Assembly: GCA_039680575.1 (NCBI GenBank)
Contig: JBDKSP010000093.1
Location: 1-53,268, forward strand
Source of the DNA: Armatimonadota bacterium
Lineage (GTDB): Bacteria; Armatimonadota; UBA5829; DTLH01
Reading direction: 5' to 3'
DNA: 53,268 nt
The first letter of the stretch is position 1. Every line of letters starts with the position of its first letter. Shown piece after piece: positions 6,971 to 18,032 of this stretch. The translations under genes were made by a program, and so were the position numbers. Under the pieces are notes generated by a model. That model was not told the origin of the DNA and did not search any database. It saw only the letters and a list, made by a program, of their open reading frames with translations.

Positions 6971-9238
6971 TCAAAATCTCTCTCGATACTCCATCGCAAC
7001 CGGCCTGTGTGCGAGCCAGATGGCCTGCGCGGCGTCGGCACGGGTGACCGGCGCATCAGGACTAAACAACAACCCATTTCCGGTCTCTGAAGGCGGTCCA
7101 ACCCAGCTTCTTGTGTCGATCCGGTGGTTATACAGCGTCTCAGCGAGCGCCGAAACAGGGCTTCCTGGCTGCAGATCGGCATAATGCGATATTCCAAGAG
7201 GTTCGATTACCCAGCTCGCATCCACCTGCCGTTTGGCGTCTATGAGCATCTGCGTAAACTCAGTCCGGGTGATCGGATTTCCACCCTGGGGAGGCGCGGT
7301 CTCGCTTTTTACCGCGGGGCCGGATGTTTCGACCTTCACCAGCCGGTCCATAAGCCATGCGGCTTCTTCCTGAGTCAGGTCATCCTCAGGCCGGAAGCTT
7401 TCTTCAGGAAAAAAACCGCGCACGCCGAGGAATTGGATCGCCCTGAAGTGCCTTGTGTCCTTATTCACATCTTCATACCAGGTAATGTATGCCTTCTGGG
7501 TGAGGAGCCGGTCCTGAATGATCGGCGCGGGCATTTGGTCGGGATATGTGCTGTATCTGAGCGCAATCGCGGCGAGCGTTCCGGCAGCCTGGCCGAGAGA
7601 CATTCTGACAGGTTCCATCCTGAGCGTCCCATAGGCCACATGAGTGGCCGAAACGGCAGTCGGAACGAGGAGACCGGGGGTATCCTCAGGGATTATTACT
7701 CCGATCGGCACGCGGTACCACGGTGTGTAATTCGCAAGCCAGAATTCGCCCTCTCCCCGGTGCCGCGCGTTCGGGTCGGCAAGATTCTCTGCTGCATGGC
7801 TGTCCATAGGGTAGCCCCCGATGGCTATGCTGTCTGTGAAGCTGCGTTCTCGCGCGAAAGTCACATCGCTTTCATCCATCGAGACCTGGCCGAACATCCG
7901 CCTCGCTTCCCGAATGTAGAGAGTGGGAGGGAAATTGCCGTTGTCGGGATATTCGTCATCCGCAAGCCCGAGTGATTTCATTCCCAGTTCGTTCTGCAGG
8001 TAGTACAAATAGCCGAGCGCCCTCCAGCGGTACAATTGATCGATTTCCGCGCGCCTTTCAGGGCTTGCATAGGGGTAATCATAATTAATTCCTGGTAGAT
8101 CGGTACCCCAGGGATGCTGGTTCATCTCGAATTTCCCATTCGGCAGCCTGCCGGATGTAAACGCCCAGGACTCCCGCCATGGTGGAGAGTAGCGGTAGTC
8201 TTCAGGGTTATAGTTCGGTGGTTTGGGGATGCTCCTGTCTTCGCCTTCGCTGTAATCCTTTACGGTTATGAGGTAAGCGTAGCTCTGGATACGCTCGTCG
8301 GCTTCTCCGGTGCTTCCGGGGAGGATTTCATCCGCCGTATTATCATAATAAATATATCCCGCGTGAGGTTCTTTCGGGCTTCGTGCCTCTCTTGGCATGC
8401 GAAACCGTATACCGGCGGCTACTGCCACATCGGCCTCGACCGTCGCATCGATTATCACCTGTCCGTAAAGCTCTCCGACCTCGCCCGTATCGAGGTTTGT
8501 TACCCGCACTCCTGCGATGCGCGGACCCTGCTTTATAACTCCGGTCGCGCGAGTCTTTCTGAAGAAACTGATCCGATTTTCATCATAGATCATCGACTTC
8601 ATGATCGCGTTTGCGATACGAGGCTCATACCGAAGCCCGTTTCCGCTGCCATAGTATGAAGCAACTTTGCTCCTGAACTCCTCGAAAAACCCGTTCGACC
8701 GTGAAATATCTCGAATATCGGTAGAACTGAGCCCATTTGCAGCCATTCCACCGGCGCGGTTCGTCTCTTCTATGAGCGCAACATCCGCCCCGAGCCCTGC
8801 TGCCGATACAGCCGCGGCAGTTCCGGCTGCTGTAGCTCCGATGACCACGACCTGGTAGAGAGCTGACGGCTGAAGCATCGGGAATGTCCGCTCCGCGACA
8901 GCGATCGGTCCCGCACTTAATCCTGTGACAGTGTAGGTGTAAATAGCGCCGGCATTAAGCCCCTGGTCGCGGAGCTTTCCGACTCCGGTCCCGACAATCC
9001 CTATGAGAACGCCATTTCGCGCGACGGAAACTTCGCCATGATTGGCAGGTAGATAGATGTCGATAGTGTCCGGCGAAACGGCGATAGCTTCCACACCGCC
9101 CGGTCCGGCGGAATAAACAGGATTTTCTATTGCCATAATACCTTCCGCTGCTGTGAGTGCCGGTATCAGGATCAGGATTACTGCAACGATTAGTCTCATT
9201 GATAATTTATTCGATTTTTCCTCTCTTATACCCTCCAT
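6971..9238 (-). CDS. Secreted FAD-dependent oxidoreductase (FAD_oxidored family) with N-terminal FN3-like and C-terminal SLH-like regions
   Basis: VVVIGATAAGTAAA, IIDATVEAD, LYIREARR, YPMDSH, SATHVAYGTLRMEP; SLH-like FRPEDDLTQEE, PITRTEF, FSPDAPVTRADAA. Confidence 0.85.
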   Translation of the reverse strand: MEGIREEKSNKLSMRLIVAVILILIPALTAAEGIMAIENPVYSAGPGGVEAIAVSPDTIDIYLPANHGEVSVARNGVLIGIVGTGVGKLRDQGLNAGAIYTYTVTGLSAGPIAVAERTFPMLQPSALYQVVVIGATAAGTAAAVSAAGLGADVALIEETNRAGGMAANGLSSTDIRDISRSNGFFEEFRSKVASYYGSGNGLRYEPRIANAIMKSMIYDENRISFFRKTRATGVIKQGPRIAGVRVTNLDTGEVGELYGQVIIDATVEADVAVAAGIRFRMPREARSPKEPHAGYIYYDNTADEILPGSTGEADERIQSYAYLITVKDYSEGEDRSIPKPPNYNPEDYRYSPPWRESWAFTSGRLPNGKFEMNQHPWGTDLPGINYDYPYASPERRAEIDQLYRWRALGYLYYLQNELGMKSLGLADDEYPDNGNFPPTLYIREARRMFGQVSMDESDVTFARERSFTDSIAIGGYPMDSHAAENLADPNARHRGEGEFWLANYTPWYRVPIGVIIPEDTPGLLVPTAVSATHVAYGTLRMEPVRMSLGQAAGTLAAIALRYSTYPDQMPAPIIQDRLLTQKAYITWYEDVNKDTRHFRAIQFLGVRGFFPEESFRPEDDLTQEEAAWLMDRLVKVETSGPAVKSETAPPQGGNPITRTEFTQMLIDAKRQVDASWVIEPLGISHYADLQPGSPVSALAETLYNHRIDTRSWVGPPSETGNGLLFSPDAPVTRADAAQAIWLAHRPVAMEYRERF

Positions 9239-9353
9239 CGTTCCATATCATACAGCTTGTAAGCGACCTTGCTGCTGAGCTATACTACCGTTGAGCTTGC
9301 GTCTATATGTAATGTTAAAGAAGTTTGTGGTTAATGGAGGAGATTATATCTGT

Positions 9354-12300
9354 ATGGCAAGAAAAATTGCCTTGATCGCACTGGCTCTTATCATCAGCTT
9401 GGGAGGCGCTGTCTCGGCGCAGCTTCCGGTTCCCAAGCCTAATCCTATAATCGGCGCCAGAATGCCATCCATCAGCCCCGATGGGAAGAAAATCGCTTTT
9501 GTTTACAGAGGCGATGTCTGGATAGCGGACTCAAACGGTGGAAATGCTACAGCGCTTACTCGCAACATTGAAATGGATGCTTATCCCAGGTTCTCACCTG
9601 ACGGTAACTGGGTCGCATTTGCGAGCCTGCGTAATGGTAACTGGGATATATTCGTGGTTCCCGCGATAGGCGGAACCGTTCAGCAGTTAACTTATCATTC
9701 GAACGGCGAGGTCCCTAATTCCTGGTCTCCGGATGGAAAACAGATTCTCTACTGCGCAAAGATCGATGCCGAAGACTATATTCTCTGCAGTCTGGACGTG
9801 AAAACACTTCGCATTCACAAGGTAATCGAGGATTACGCGCTTATCAACTCTGCTAACTGCTCGCCTGACGGAAGCATGTTGATTTACACCAGAGACGGCT
9901 TCCCGTGGACCCGTCCCAGATATATGGGTTCCGGCGCTGCCCAGATAAGTATCCTCGATACAAAAAAGGGTGTTTCCCGCACGATTACCAACGACGACCG
10001 CCAGCACCTGTGGCCTCAGTTTCTTCCTGGTGGAAAGCAGATACTTGCGGTGACTATCGGCGACAAAACACCTTCAACATGCAAGATAGACCAGTCCATC
10101 GGCAAGTTTATGGACACATCAGCCCGTACGCCGAACCTATGGGTGTTCGACCTGAACGGAAAAGGCCGCCAGGTTACTTCATTCGTCGGCGGATCAGTGC
10201 GGTGTCCCGCCGCGGCGATCCGTACCGGCGACATCGTCTTTGAATATGAGCATGATCTTTGGATGATGCGGTCGGGTAAGAAGCAGCCGAAAAAGATAGC
10301 CCTTTTCGCTTCGGAGGATGAGACTCAGAACTCCGTGCGGATGGAGACACTTACTTCAGGAGTGGATGAGGCAGAGCCTTCATCGGACGGAAAGACGTTT
10401 GCTTTCGGACTGCACGGCGAGATATGGACCGTGTTAGTCGATAAGCCGAGTGGCGTCGAGCGTAAGTCTGCAGAGATTGCCAGACGGCTCACGGACTGGG
10501 CTGGAGATGATTCGGATTTCACGTGGTCCAGCGACGGTAAGAAGATTTACTTCACGTCCGACCGTGAGTTCAACATCCGAATCTACGAACTGGATGTCGA
10601 GTCTCTTGCGGTAAAGCCACTCTGGAACAGGACCGAGGATGTTTCCGGCCTTCATATATCCCCCGACAGAAGTGAATTGGCATTTTGGGTGGCAGGACCT
10701 GAAGGCGGGCTTTACGTAATGTCTCTTGCGACAGGCAAGACTCGAAAGCTCGTGGATTTACCAGCAATACAAAGGTACGGGCAGGGCGGAGGCTATATAA
10801 GCTGGTCTCCGGATGCAAAGTGGTTAGCCTACAACCGCGCCGAGGATAACGGCGCGTGGAATATCTGGATCGTACCCGCTGCGGGCGGTAAATCTGTAAA
10901 CATTACGCAGTTGAACGCATATCATGGCTTGCCAACATGGTCACCCGATGGTAAGTATTTGTTCTTCACGAGCGACCGTGGCGGCGACGGGCTTTATGTT
11001 CTTCCCTTAACCAAGGAGCCTGCACGCACATCCGATATAGATATCAAGTTCGAGAAGCCCAAGGATGCCGTGAAGGTTGCCATAGATTTCGACGGTGCCA
11101 GTAGAAGGATCAGAAAGCTGTCTTCACAGGCGCCGGAAAGTGACCTTACGATAACCCCGGACGGTAAGATAGCCTTTATATCGGGCGGCGATATCTGGTA
11201 CGTGACTTACGATGGTAAGGATACGAAGCGTGTTACGACCGGCGGAGGTTGTTCGATTTTCCGTGTGCTGGGAGAAGGTAAAAAGTGGGCTGTCGTCCGT
11301 AATGGCGAGCTTCAGTCCGTCCGTCCAGAGGATGGGGCGATGTCGAAGATAGACTTCAAGGCGGATTGGGAGAGAGATGTCCGCGCGGAGCGAAAAGCCG
11401 CGTTTACCCAGTTCTGGAGGTCATATAACCGGGCATTTTACGATCCCAATATGCATGGCCGGGACTGGAACGCCATCCGTGAGCGGTATGAGCCGCTTTT
11501 GGATGCGGTCGGGACTCGCGAGGAGTTTGCCCTGCTCCTCAATATGATGGTCGGTGAACTGGATGCGTCACATTCCGAAGTATCTGCAGCTCCGGGAGGC
11601 AATCCAAGCCCTTCTACCGCGATTTTGGGCTTTATGTTCGATTACAGCTATGAGGGTCCCGGAATTCGGGTAGCCAGTGTTCCTGATGGCGCTCCGGCGT
11701 CGTTTGAAAAGACCCGGATCAAGCCCGGCGAATATATATTGTCTATAAACGGCCAGGATGTGACGCTAGACGAGTACCTTTTCAAAGCGCTCAATAATAA
11801 ATGGGACAGGCCGATGGAATTTCTCGTGAACTCAGAGCCCAAGAAAGAGGGAGCGCGAACAGTCCGCTATACCTGTATGACTTGGAATGAGTGGTTTTCT
11901 CTCCTTTACAAGAACCGTGTAGACCGGATGCGCAAATATATTGAGGAGAAGAGCGGCGGCGCTATCGGCTATGTTCACATAAACTATATGCTGGGACCGG
12001 ACCAGGCCAGGTTCGAGCGGGAAGTCTACGAGTATTCGCTTGGTAAAAAGGCGATGATCATTGATGTTCGGAACAACGGCGGCGGAAATATATCCGATAC
12101 GCTTATCGACTGGCTGGAAAGGAAACCATACGGATTTCGCTGTTCGCGTGACAGTAAGCCGACAGAGATTCCCAAGAGAGCCTGGGAACTCCCGATTGTC
12201 GTGTTGATAAACGAGAAGAGCAAGTCCAATGCAGAGATGTTCCCTTACGCCATGAGGGAAAGAGGACTTGCGAAACTGGTAGGTATGCCGACTCCTGGTT

Positions 12301-12509
12301 ACGTTATATCCACACTTGATCTGCCGTTGGTGGATGGAACGAGCGCGAGGATGCCGATGATGGGTGTCTACAGGCTCGACGGAACACCGCAAGAGAATAT
12401 AGGCGAGAAACCTGACTTTACGGTTCCGCTTACAGATGAAGATTGGCTTGCAGGCCGCGATCCTCAAGTGGACAAGGCTATACAAGTCCTCATCAAGGAC
12501 GTCAAGTAA
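9354..12509 (+). CDS. Tricorn-like S41 peptidase with PD40 beta-propellers and PDZ domain
   Basis: GGAGG before ATG 9354, signal peptide, many WSPDG repeats, GELDASH, IIDVRNNGGG, SKSNAE catalytic Ser. Confidence 0.92.
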   Translation: MARKIALIALALIISLGGAVSAQLPVPKPNPIIGARMPSISPDGKKIAFVYRGDVWIADSNGGNATALTRNIEMDAYPRFSPDGNWVAFASLRNGNWDIFVVPAIGGTVQQLTYHSNGEVPNSWSPDGKQILYCAKIDAEDYILCSLDVKTLRIHKVIEDYALINSANCSPDGSMLIYTRDGFPWTRPRYMGSGAAQISILDTKKGVSRTITNDDRQHLWPQFLPGGKQILAVTIGDKTPSTCKIDQSIGKFMDTSARTPNLWVFDLNGKGRQVTSFVGGSVRCPAAAIRTGDIVFEYEHDLWMMRSGKKQPKKIALFASEDETQNSVRMETLTSGVDEAEPSSDGKTFAFGLHGEIWTVLVDKPSGVERKSAEIARRLTDWAGDDSDFTWSSDGKKIYFTSDREFNIRIYELDVESLAVKPLWNRTEDVSGLHISPDRSELAFWVAGPEGGLYVMSLATGKTRKLVDLPAIQRYGQGGGYISWSPDAKWLAYNRAEDNGAWNIWIVPAAGGKSVNITQLNAYHGLPTWSPDGKYLFFTSDRGGDGLYVLPLTKEPARTSDIDIKFEKPKDAVKVAIDFDGASRRIRKLSSQAPESDLTITPDGKIAFISGGDIWYVTYDGKDTKRVTTGGGCSIFRVLGEGKKWAVVRNGELQSVRPEDGAMSKIDFKADWERDVRAERKAAFTQFWRSYNRAFYDPNMHGRDWNAIRERYEPLLDAVGTREEFALLLNMMVGELDASHSEVSAAPGGNPSPSTAILGFMFDYSYEGPGIRVASVPDGAPASFEKTRIKPGEYILSINGQDVTLDEYLFKALNNKWDRPMEFLVNSEPKKEGARTVRYTCMTWNEWFSLLYKNRVDRMRKYIEEKSGGAIGYVHINYMLGPDQARFEREVYEYSLGKKAMIIDVRNNGGGNISDTLIDWLERKPYGFRCSRDSKPTEIPKRAWELPIVVLINEKSKSNAEMFPYAMRERGLAKLVGMPTPGYVISTLDLPLVDGTSARMPMMGVYRLDGTPQENIGEKPDFTVPLTDEDWLAGRDPQVDKAIQVLIKDVK

Positions 12510-12516
12510 GCGTCTC

Positions 12517-12550
12517 ACCGGGGTGCGATCTTTCGAGACTGCACCCCGGT
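12517..12550. terminator. Hairpin between convergent protease and msrB genes
   Basis: ACCGGGGTGC...GCACCCCGGT followed by a T-rich tract. Confidence 0.75.
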
Positions 12551-12552
12551 TT

Positions 12553-12996
12553 CTATTTTCGGTCTTGTTCTGAATTCTGTTCTTCCGGTACGAAATCCAT
12601 TGCACCTGAATCGATACAGTATCTGAGTCCTGTCGGAGGAGGCCCATCCGTGAACACATGACCGAGATGAGCATCGCACCGGCTGCAGAGCACTTCGGTG
12701 CGGACCATTCCGCGTTGTGTGTCTACGGCTTCCTCGACATTCTCCGGGTCAATCGGTTGTGTGAAGCTCGGCCATCCCGAACCGGAATCGTACTTGGTAT
12801 CCGAACTGAACAGAGGCTGCCCGCAGTTGACACATCGGTAGATGCCTTTCCGTTTCTCATGCAGATATTTACCGGTTCCTGCAGGTTCAGTGCCTTTTTG
12901 GCGTGTTATTCTGTATTGCTCCGGCGTGAGCTCTTTTTTCCACTCCTCGTCGGTTCTTATAATCTTAGTCCTCATAGTTATATCCTGCTTACGCAC
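12553..12996 (-). CDS. msrB: Peptide-methionine (R)-S-oxide reductase
   Basis: [34 protein letters not shown], two CxxC zinc pairs. Confidence 0.97.
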   Translation of the reverse strand: MRKQDITMRTKIIRTDEEWKKELTPEQYRITRQKGTEPAGTGKYLHEKRKGIYRCVNCGQPLFSSDTKYDSGSGWPSFTQPIDPENVEEAVDTQRGMVRTEVLCSRCDAHLGHVFTDGPPPTGLRYCIDSGAMDFVPEEQNSEQDRK

Positions 12997-13054
12997 AACC
13001 GCAGTATCTACATAGAGTTATACCCTTCATTCGACTTGCGTATTGATTAGAGGT

Positions 13055-13780
13055 CTAATGACCGGCGCCGGTGGGTGTTGCATAGACCTTTGGCATCAGG
13101 CTTGCGACGTTTGATCCTTTTTTAGCCGTGAAGTGCGCCGCAATATTAAAACTCTTGTTGAATATCAGCGCGCGGAACCCGACTTTTATCTTTTGATCGA
13201 TGGTCAAGGTGCCGTTGCTGATTGACCATGAGCTGGTTGCTTTCTGGACTTTGCCGTTTTTACCGACACCGAATGGCATTCCGCTGACGCTCAGTTTACC
13301 TCCGCCCGTACCCCGCAGGCCGTTTGCGGCGCATGTCAGGACTTCGACAAGCTCATGTTCCTGGTTCTTGGGTTTCTTTTCGACAAGTACTATTCCTTTC
13401 CCTGTGATCGTGCTTTTGGCAACGCCATCGGTTCCGATAGCTATCTTTAAGCTGGATTGGCCGATATGAAGCGGACCGTTGGCGGTATTTCTGTAATAAT
13501 CGAACTTGCCTTCGTATGTATTGCTGTCCATCTGTTTGATATTTGCGTGGAAATACTTGTTTTCGGCTACATTGCCGTCCGTACTCTGCTCGCAGGTCCC
13601 TATCCAGTCACCGACGAGCCCCTTGAGAAACTGCCTTGAGTCGGCCGCGGATGCGATAGTTGAAGTCGCAAAAACCATCCCCAGCGCAATCACGACAGCG
13701 AAGAGCGACATACTGAACTTAGCTGATCTATCCCTGAACAAATAGTGCCTCCTGCAATAACTGTGATATATGTGTTGCAT
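13055..13780 (-). CDS. Hypothetical secreted beta-rich protein (true start probably downstream)
   Basis: Signal peptide-like LFAVVIALGMVFATSTIASA followed by alternating beta strands (LVGDWIG). Confidence 0.6.
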   Translation of the reverse strand: MQHIYHSYCRRHYLFRDRSAKFSMSLFAVVIALGMVFATSTIASAADSRQFLKGLVGDWIGTCEQSTDGNVAENKYFHANIKQMDSNTYEGKFDYYRNTANGPLHIGQSSLKIAIGTDGVAKSTITGKGIVLVEKKPKNQEHELVEVLTCAANGLRGTGGGKLSVSGMPFGVGKNGKVQKATSSWSISNGTLTIDQKIKVGFRALIFNKSFNIAAHFTAKKGSNVASLMPKVYATPTGAGH

Positions 13781-14035
13781 ATACTATTATGAAGACGCAA
13801 TCTATCAGCTGAGTAGTTCCCGGTATGGCCGGAATTAAGAAAAATGGGATGATGGTTAGTGTAGATTTGATGCGAGAGCAAGCGGTCCGAAGCAATCTAC
13901 CGTATTGACGGAGATATTCTGGAGATCCATACAATCGGTAAAAGAAACGATGATGAAATCTATCGTCGATTTGGACGCAGGTGAAAATGGTGAATCCTAA
14001 TTCCTATATGCAGCCGCGTGATCCGCGTTTAGACA

Positions 14036-15892
14036 TCAGGACGACCGGCGGTCGGCCAATCTTCTGTCCAGTTTGCCAAGAATTCTCTTGCGGAACCGGA
14101 GAGCATCCGGCGTGACTTCAAGAAGTTCGTCTTCACCGATGAACGACAGCGCCTGCTCAAGCATGAACTGTTTCGGTGTGGTGATGAGCACCGTCGCGTC
14201 TTCCGTGGATGAGCGCATATTTGTTTTGTTCTTGGCTTTCGTGATGTTCACGACCATATCTTCTGAGCGGGAGTTTTCACCGACGACCTGGCCTTCGTAA
14301 ACCTCATCTCCAGGCGCAACAAAGAATGTCGCGCGCTCCTGCAGCGGGGCTATGGCATAGGCTGTGGCACGTCCGGTCTCTTTGGTAATCAGGCTGCCTC
14401 GTGTCCTGGTACTGATCTCTCCCCGATATGGCCCGTATTCCTTGAAGAGCCTTGACATCAGTCCGAGTCCCCTTGTCCAGGTCAGAAAATCTGTCCGAAG
14501 GCCGATGAGCCCGCGAGTCGGGACCTCGAAGATAAGGCGGTTTGTGCCGACTTCATCTTTGCTCATCGAGATGATCTCGCCCTTACGTGCGGAAACTTCC
14601 TGGATGATAATTCCTACCGCGTCGTCATTCACATCAATAGTAAGCTCTTCGATAGGCTCGCAGAGGACTCCGTTGACCTTCTTCGTAATGGCCTTTGGCT
14701 TGCTGACAGCGACTTCGTAACCCTCGCGGCGCATAGTCTCAAGCAGGATAGCGAGCTGGAGCTCACCGCGTCCTGATACACGCAGGGCATCAGGGCTATC
14801 GGTCGGTGCAACCCGAAGGCTGACGTTGGTCTTGACCTCTCGTTTTAGCCTGTTGGAGATGTTCCGCATGGTGACGTACTTACCGCTTTTGCCGGCCCAG
14901 GGACTGTTGTTCACTATAAAGTCCATAGAGACAGTCGGCTCATCGATGTGAATAAGGTCGAGAGCTTCGGGATGCTCCGCATCGGCTATCGTCTCACCGA
15001 TCTGGACTTCATCGCAGCCAGCCAGAAGGACAATTTCACCTGCTCCGGCTTCTTCGACTTCGACTCTCTTCAACCCTTCATAGATAAAAACTCTCGTTAC
15101 AGTAAAAGTAGCCTGGGAGCCGTCGCGCTTTATGATGGCTACGGTCTCGCCGTGCGACACGGACCCGCGAAGGATCTTACCTCCGAACATCCTGCCGAGG
15201 TGGTCGTCGTAATCCAGGCTGGTAACCTGGAGCTGGAACGATTTGTCCGGCTCGACCATTGGTGGCGGTACGTGCTTAAGGATCATCTTAAAGAGCGGAT
15301 CGATGTCTTTCGGCTTATCTGCCGGGTCAAGGACAGCGTAGCCCTCGGCTCCTGATGCGAAGAGATATGGGAAATCGAGCTGGGTCTCATCGCAGCCGAG
15401 TTCGATAAAGAGGTCAAGCACTTCGTCTACGACTTCCCAGGGACGTGCACCGGGACGGTCTATCTTGTTGATGACTACAATCGGCTTGAGCTTCTGTTCA
15501 AGGGCTTTTTTGAGAACGAAGCGGGTCTGTGGCATTGGACCTTCGCAGGCGTCGACAAGGAGCAGGACTCCGTCTACCGAACGAAGAATACGCTCGACTT
15601 CTCCTCCGAAGTCCGAGTGGCCGGGGGTGTCGACGATGTTGATCTTCGTGTCGTGGTAGTAGACAGCCGTTACCTTCGAGAGAATGGTTATACCCTTCTC
15701 CCGTTCGAGGTCGTTCGAGTCCATTACGCGCTCAGCGACTACCTGGTTGCTGCGGAATGTACCGCTCTGGCGCAGGATAACGTCAACAAGCGTTGTTTTT
15801 CCGTGGTCGACGTGCGCTATAATCGCGATATTACGGATGTTTTCCCGTCTAAATGCCGGGTGCAAATTGATATTTTCTTCTGCTATGCCCAA
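14036..15892 (-). CDS. typA: Translational GTPase TypA/BipA
   Basis: [45 protein letters not shown]. Confidence 0.98.
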   Translation of the reverse strand: MGIAEENINLHPAFRRENIRNIAIIAHVDHGKTTLVDVILRQSGTFRSNQVVAERVMDSNDLEREKGITILSKVTAVYYHDTKINIVDTPGHSDFGGEVERILRSVDGVLLLVDACEGPMPQTRFVLKKALEQKLKPIVVINKIDRPGARPWEVVDEVLDLFIELGCDETQLDFPYLFASGAEGYAVLDPADKPKDIDPLFKMILKHVPPPMVEPDKSFQLQVTSLDYDDHLGRMFGGKILRGSVSHGETVAIIKRDGSQATFTVTRVFIYEGLKRVEVEEAGAGEIVLLAGCDEVQIGETIADAEHPEALDLIHIDEPTVSMDFIVNNSPWAGKSGKYVTMRNISNRLKREVKTNVSLRVAPTDSPDALRVSGRGELQLAILLETMRREGYEVAVSKPKAITKKVNGVLCEPIEELTIDVNDDAVGIIIQEVSARKGEIISMSKDEVGTNRLIFEVPTRGLIGLRTDFLTWTRGLGLMSRLFKEYGPYRGEISTRTRGSLITKETGRATAYAIAPLQERATFFVAPGDEVYEGQVVGENSRSEDMVVNITKAKNKTNMRSSTEDATVLITTPKQFMLEQALSFIGEDELLEVTPDALRFRKRILGKLDRRLADRRSS

Positions 15893-16013
15893 TGTTCTTC
15901 TCGAAGACGCAAAAAACGGCCAAGCTCCACTTGCGAACTCGGCCGCCTTTGTTTGCTTGAATTATGACGCATTTATTATAGCATGAGGCGCGGCTGCGGT
16001 CAAATTGAAATGC

Positions 16014-16193
16014 GCAAGAGTTCACTCTTAATAAGAGATCTTACATCAAATTGCACAACCAACACGTCACCATAGATTCAGGGTCCATTTTCTTCCTGGA
16101 TGCTGAGTCAAGCTCAGCATGACGTTGTGGGCATTCCGAATGACGTTGTGGTAGTTCAACATGATGTTATACTCATCAACGGTGAACTCTCTC
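16014..16193. mobile_element. Degenerate MITE-like element, copy 1
   Basis: Terminal IR AGAGTTCAC/GTGAACTCT; internal GATTCAGGGTCCATTTTCTTCCTGGATGCTGAGTCAAGCTCAGCATGACGTTGTG identical to the copy at 27.9 kb; no target duplication visible. Confidence 0.75.
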
Positions 16194-16361
16194 TCGGGCT
16201 GTATTTGCAATACAGCCCGGAATGGCCGGATAGGGATCTCTAGATCCCGGCCAATCGCCATAATCGATCTCCCGGCATCAGAGATGCCTCATTTGCCTCC
16301 GCGATTAACTCAGCGCAATGGCCTCCATGCGGGAATTGACGCTTAATATCGCTGTGCCTAC

Positions 16362-18032
16362 TTGACAAACTCATCCAGAGTAACGAAGATTAATGTTAGT
16401 TTAGGATGCCTGCTTGGATTTACGGCAGTCGCTCCGGTTAATTACTTTAGGATGAGCAGTTCTTCAAGAATGGATTCACTCGGTACATACAGGCCTTCAT
16501 TCGAGCTTCCGGCCGGAGCCAGCCGGCGGGGCGTGATGGTCATAGACATCGACCACTGCATAGTCTCTACCGACGGCAGTTTTTTCGATCTGCTTGGCGT
16601 ATCTCCCGAAGATTTGATCGACAAGAATGTGGAGGATGCCGCGCGGAGCACTCTTAAATGGCGCTTCAAGGAATCCGATAAGTACGAAACAAGCTGGCAG
16701 TGGCTTCGGAGCCATCCGGGTGAGATCCTGGATGAAGTCCTGCATCTTTCCGGGCCAAGCGGCAGGGTGCTGCACCGCTACAGCGCGCCTGTTCTGGGTG
16801 AGGGGCGAGACAGGGTCGGCAGGATCGAGATTTACAGCGATATTACTAAACGCCGCGAGCTGGAATCGACTGTCCGCCGCACTTACGATGAACTGAAGGT
16901 CGCGCAGGACCAGCTTGTGCAGTCCGAGAAGCTGAGAGCCGTCGGAGAGATCGCAAGCGGGGTCGCGCACGATTTCAACAACATGCTCGGCATAATCCTC
17001 GGCAACCTGCAGCTTCTGCTCCGCACTACAGAGGACGGAAATGTTCGCGTACGGCTTCAATCGGCAGAGCGCGCCGCACTGGATGCCACTGAGACGGTAC
17101 GCCGCATACGCGAGTTCACGCAGCAAAGCAGGCAGGAGCCCTCCACGGTGATCGATCTGAACGTTATAGCATCAGAAGTGATCGAGATGATGAGACCTTC
17201 CCTGCAGAACAGTACGAAAAACATCGAAGTAAGCTTGGATACGGCGGAAGGTGCCCTTACCCTCGGCTGTGAAGCCGAAATTCGAGAGGTGTTGATAAAC
17301 ATCATACTGAACGCAGTTCAGGCGATGCCGGACGGCGGATCGATCTCAGTCGATACAGGGGCATCCAAAAGCTCCGTCTGGGCTCGAGTCGCGGATACCG
17401 GCGTCGGGATGTCCGAGGATGTCCGAAAAAGGGTCTTCGATCCGTTTTTCACCACCAGGGGGACGGAAGGCACCGGCCTCGGAATGAGTGTCGCTTATGG
17501 GATAATCAAGCGCCACGGAGGGAGTATCTCCATCGATAGTGAGCCGGGCAAAGGCACTGCAGTGACGGTCTTTCTGCCTGCTGCTGTCGGTGTTGCTGAT
17601 GAGAAACCCGAAGATCAGCACGTGGAGATAGTCTCTCTTTCACCTGCCAGGATACTGGTGGTGGATGACGAAGAGATGTTTGCCGAAGTCCTCGTCGAGA
17701 TGCTTTCCGAGTGCGGACATGCCGTCTGCTCCGCGAGGAGCGGCGTAGATGCTATCGAGCAGTTCAGGGAGACCCCGTTCGACTTGGTGCTTACCGACCT
17801 CGGAATGCCTGAAATGTCGGGCTGGCAGGTCGCAAAATCGATCAAAGATATAGAGCCGCAGACTCCCGTAGTGCTCCTTACAGGTTGGGGTACGACAGTC
17901 GATAAGAATGAGCTCGATTCGTCACAGGTAGATATTGTGCTCTCGAAGCCCGTGAGGCTGGAAGAGCTTTCTTCGGCTGTTAACGAAATGTTGAGCCGGC
18001 AGATGTCTCGAAAGGCAGGAAGCAGTATTTGA
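16362..18032 (+). CDS. Cytoplasmic PAS-containing hybrid histidine kinase (start uncertain, possibly 16452)
   Basis: PAS-like region, VAHDFNNML H-box, NAVQAM, DTGVGM, FFTT, GTGLGM, C-terminal receiver (VVDDE, LTDLGMP, SKP). Confidence 0.92.
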   Translation: MTNSSRVTKINVSLGCLLGFTAVAPVNYFRMSSSSRMDSLGTYRPSFELPAGASRRGVMVIDIDHCIVSTDGSFFDLLGVSPEDLIDKNVEDAARSTLKWRFKESDKYETSWQWLRSHPGEILDEVLHLSGPSGRVLHRYSAPVLGEGRDRVGRIEIYSDITKRRELESTVRRTYDELKVAQDQLVQSEKLRAVGEIASGVAHDFNNMLGIILGNLQLLLRTTEDGNVRVRLQSAERAALDATETVRRIREFTQQSRQEPSTVIDLNVIASEVIEMMRPSLQNSTKNIEVSLDTAEGALTLGCEAEIREVLINIILNAVQAMPDGGSISVDTGASKSSVWARVADTGVGMSEDVRKRVFDPFFTTRGTEGTGLGMSVAYGIIKRHGGSISIDSEPGKGTAVTVFLPAAVGVADEKPEDQHVEIVSLSPARILVVDDEEMFAEVLVEMLSECGHAVCSARSGVDAIEQFRETPFDLVLTDLGMPEMSGWQVAKSIKDIEPQTPVVLLTGWGTTVDKNELDSSQVDIVLSKPVRLEELSSAVNEMLSRQMSRKAGSSI

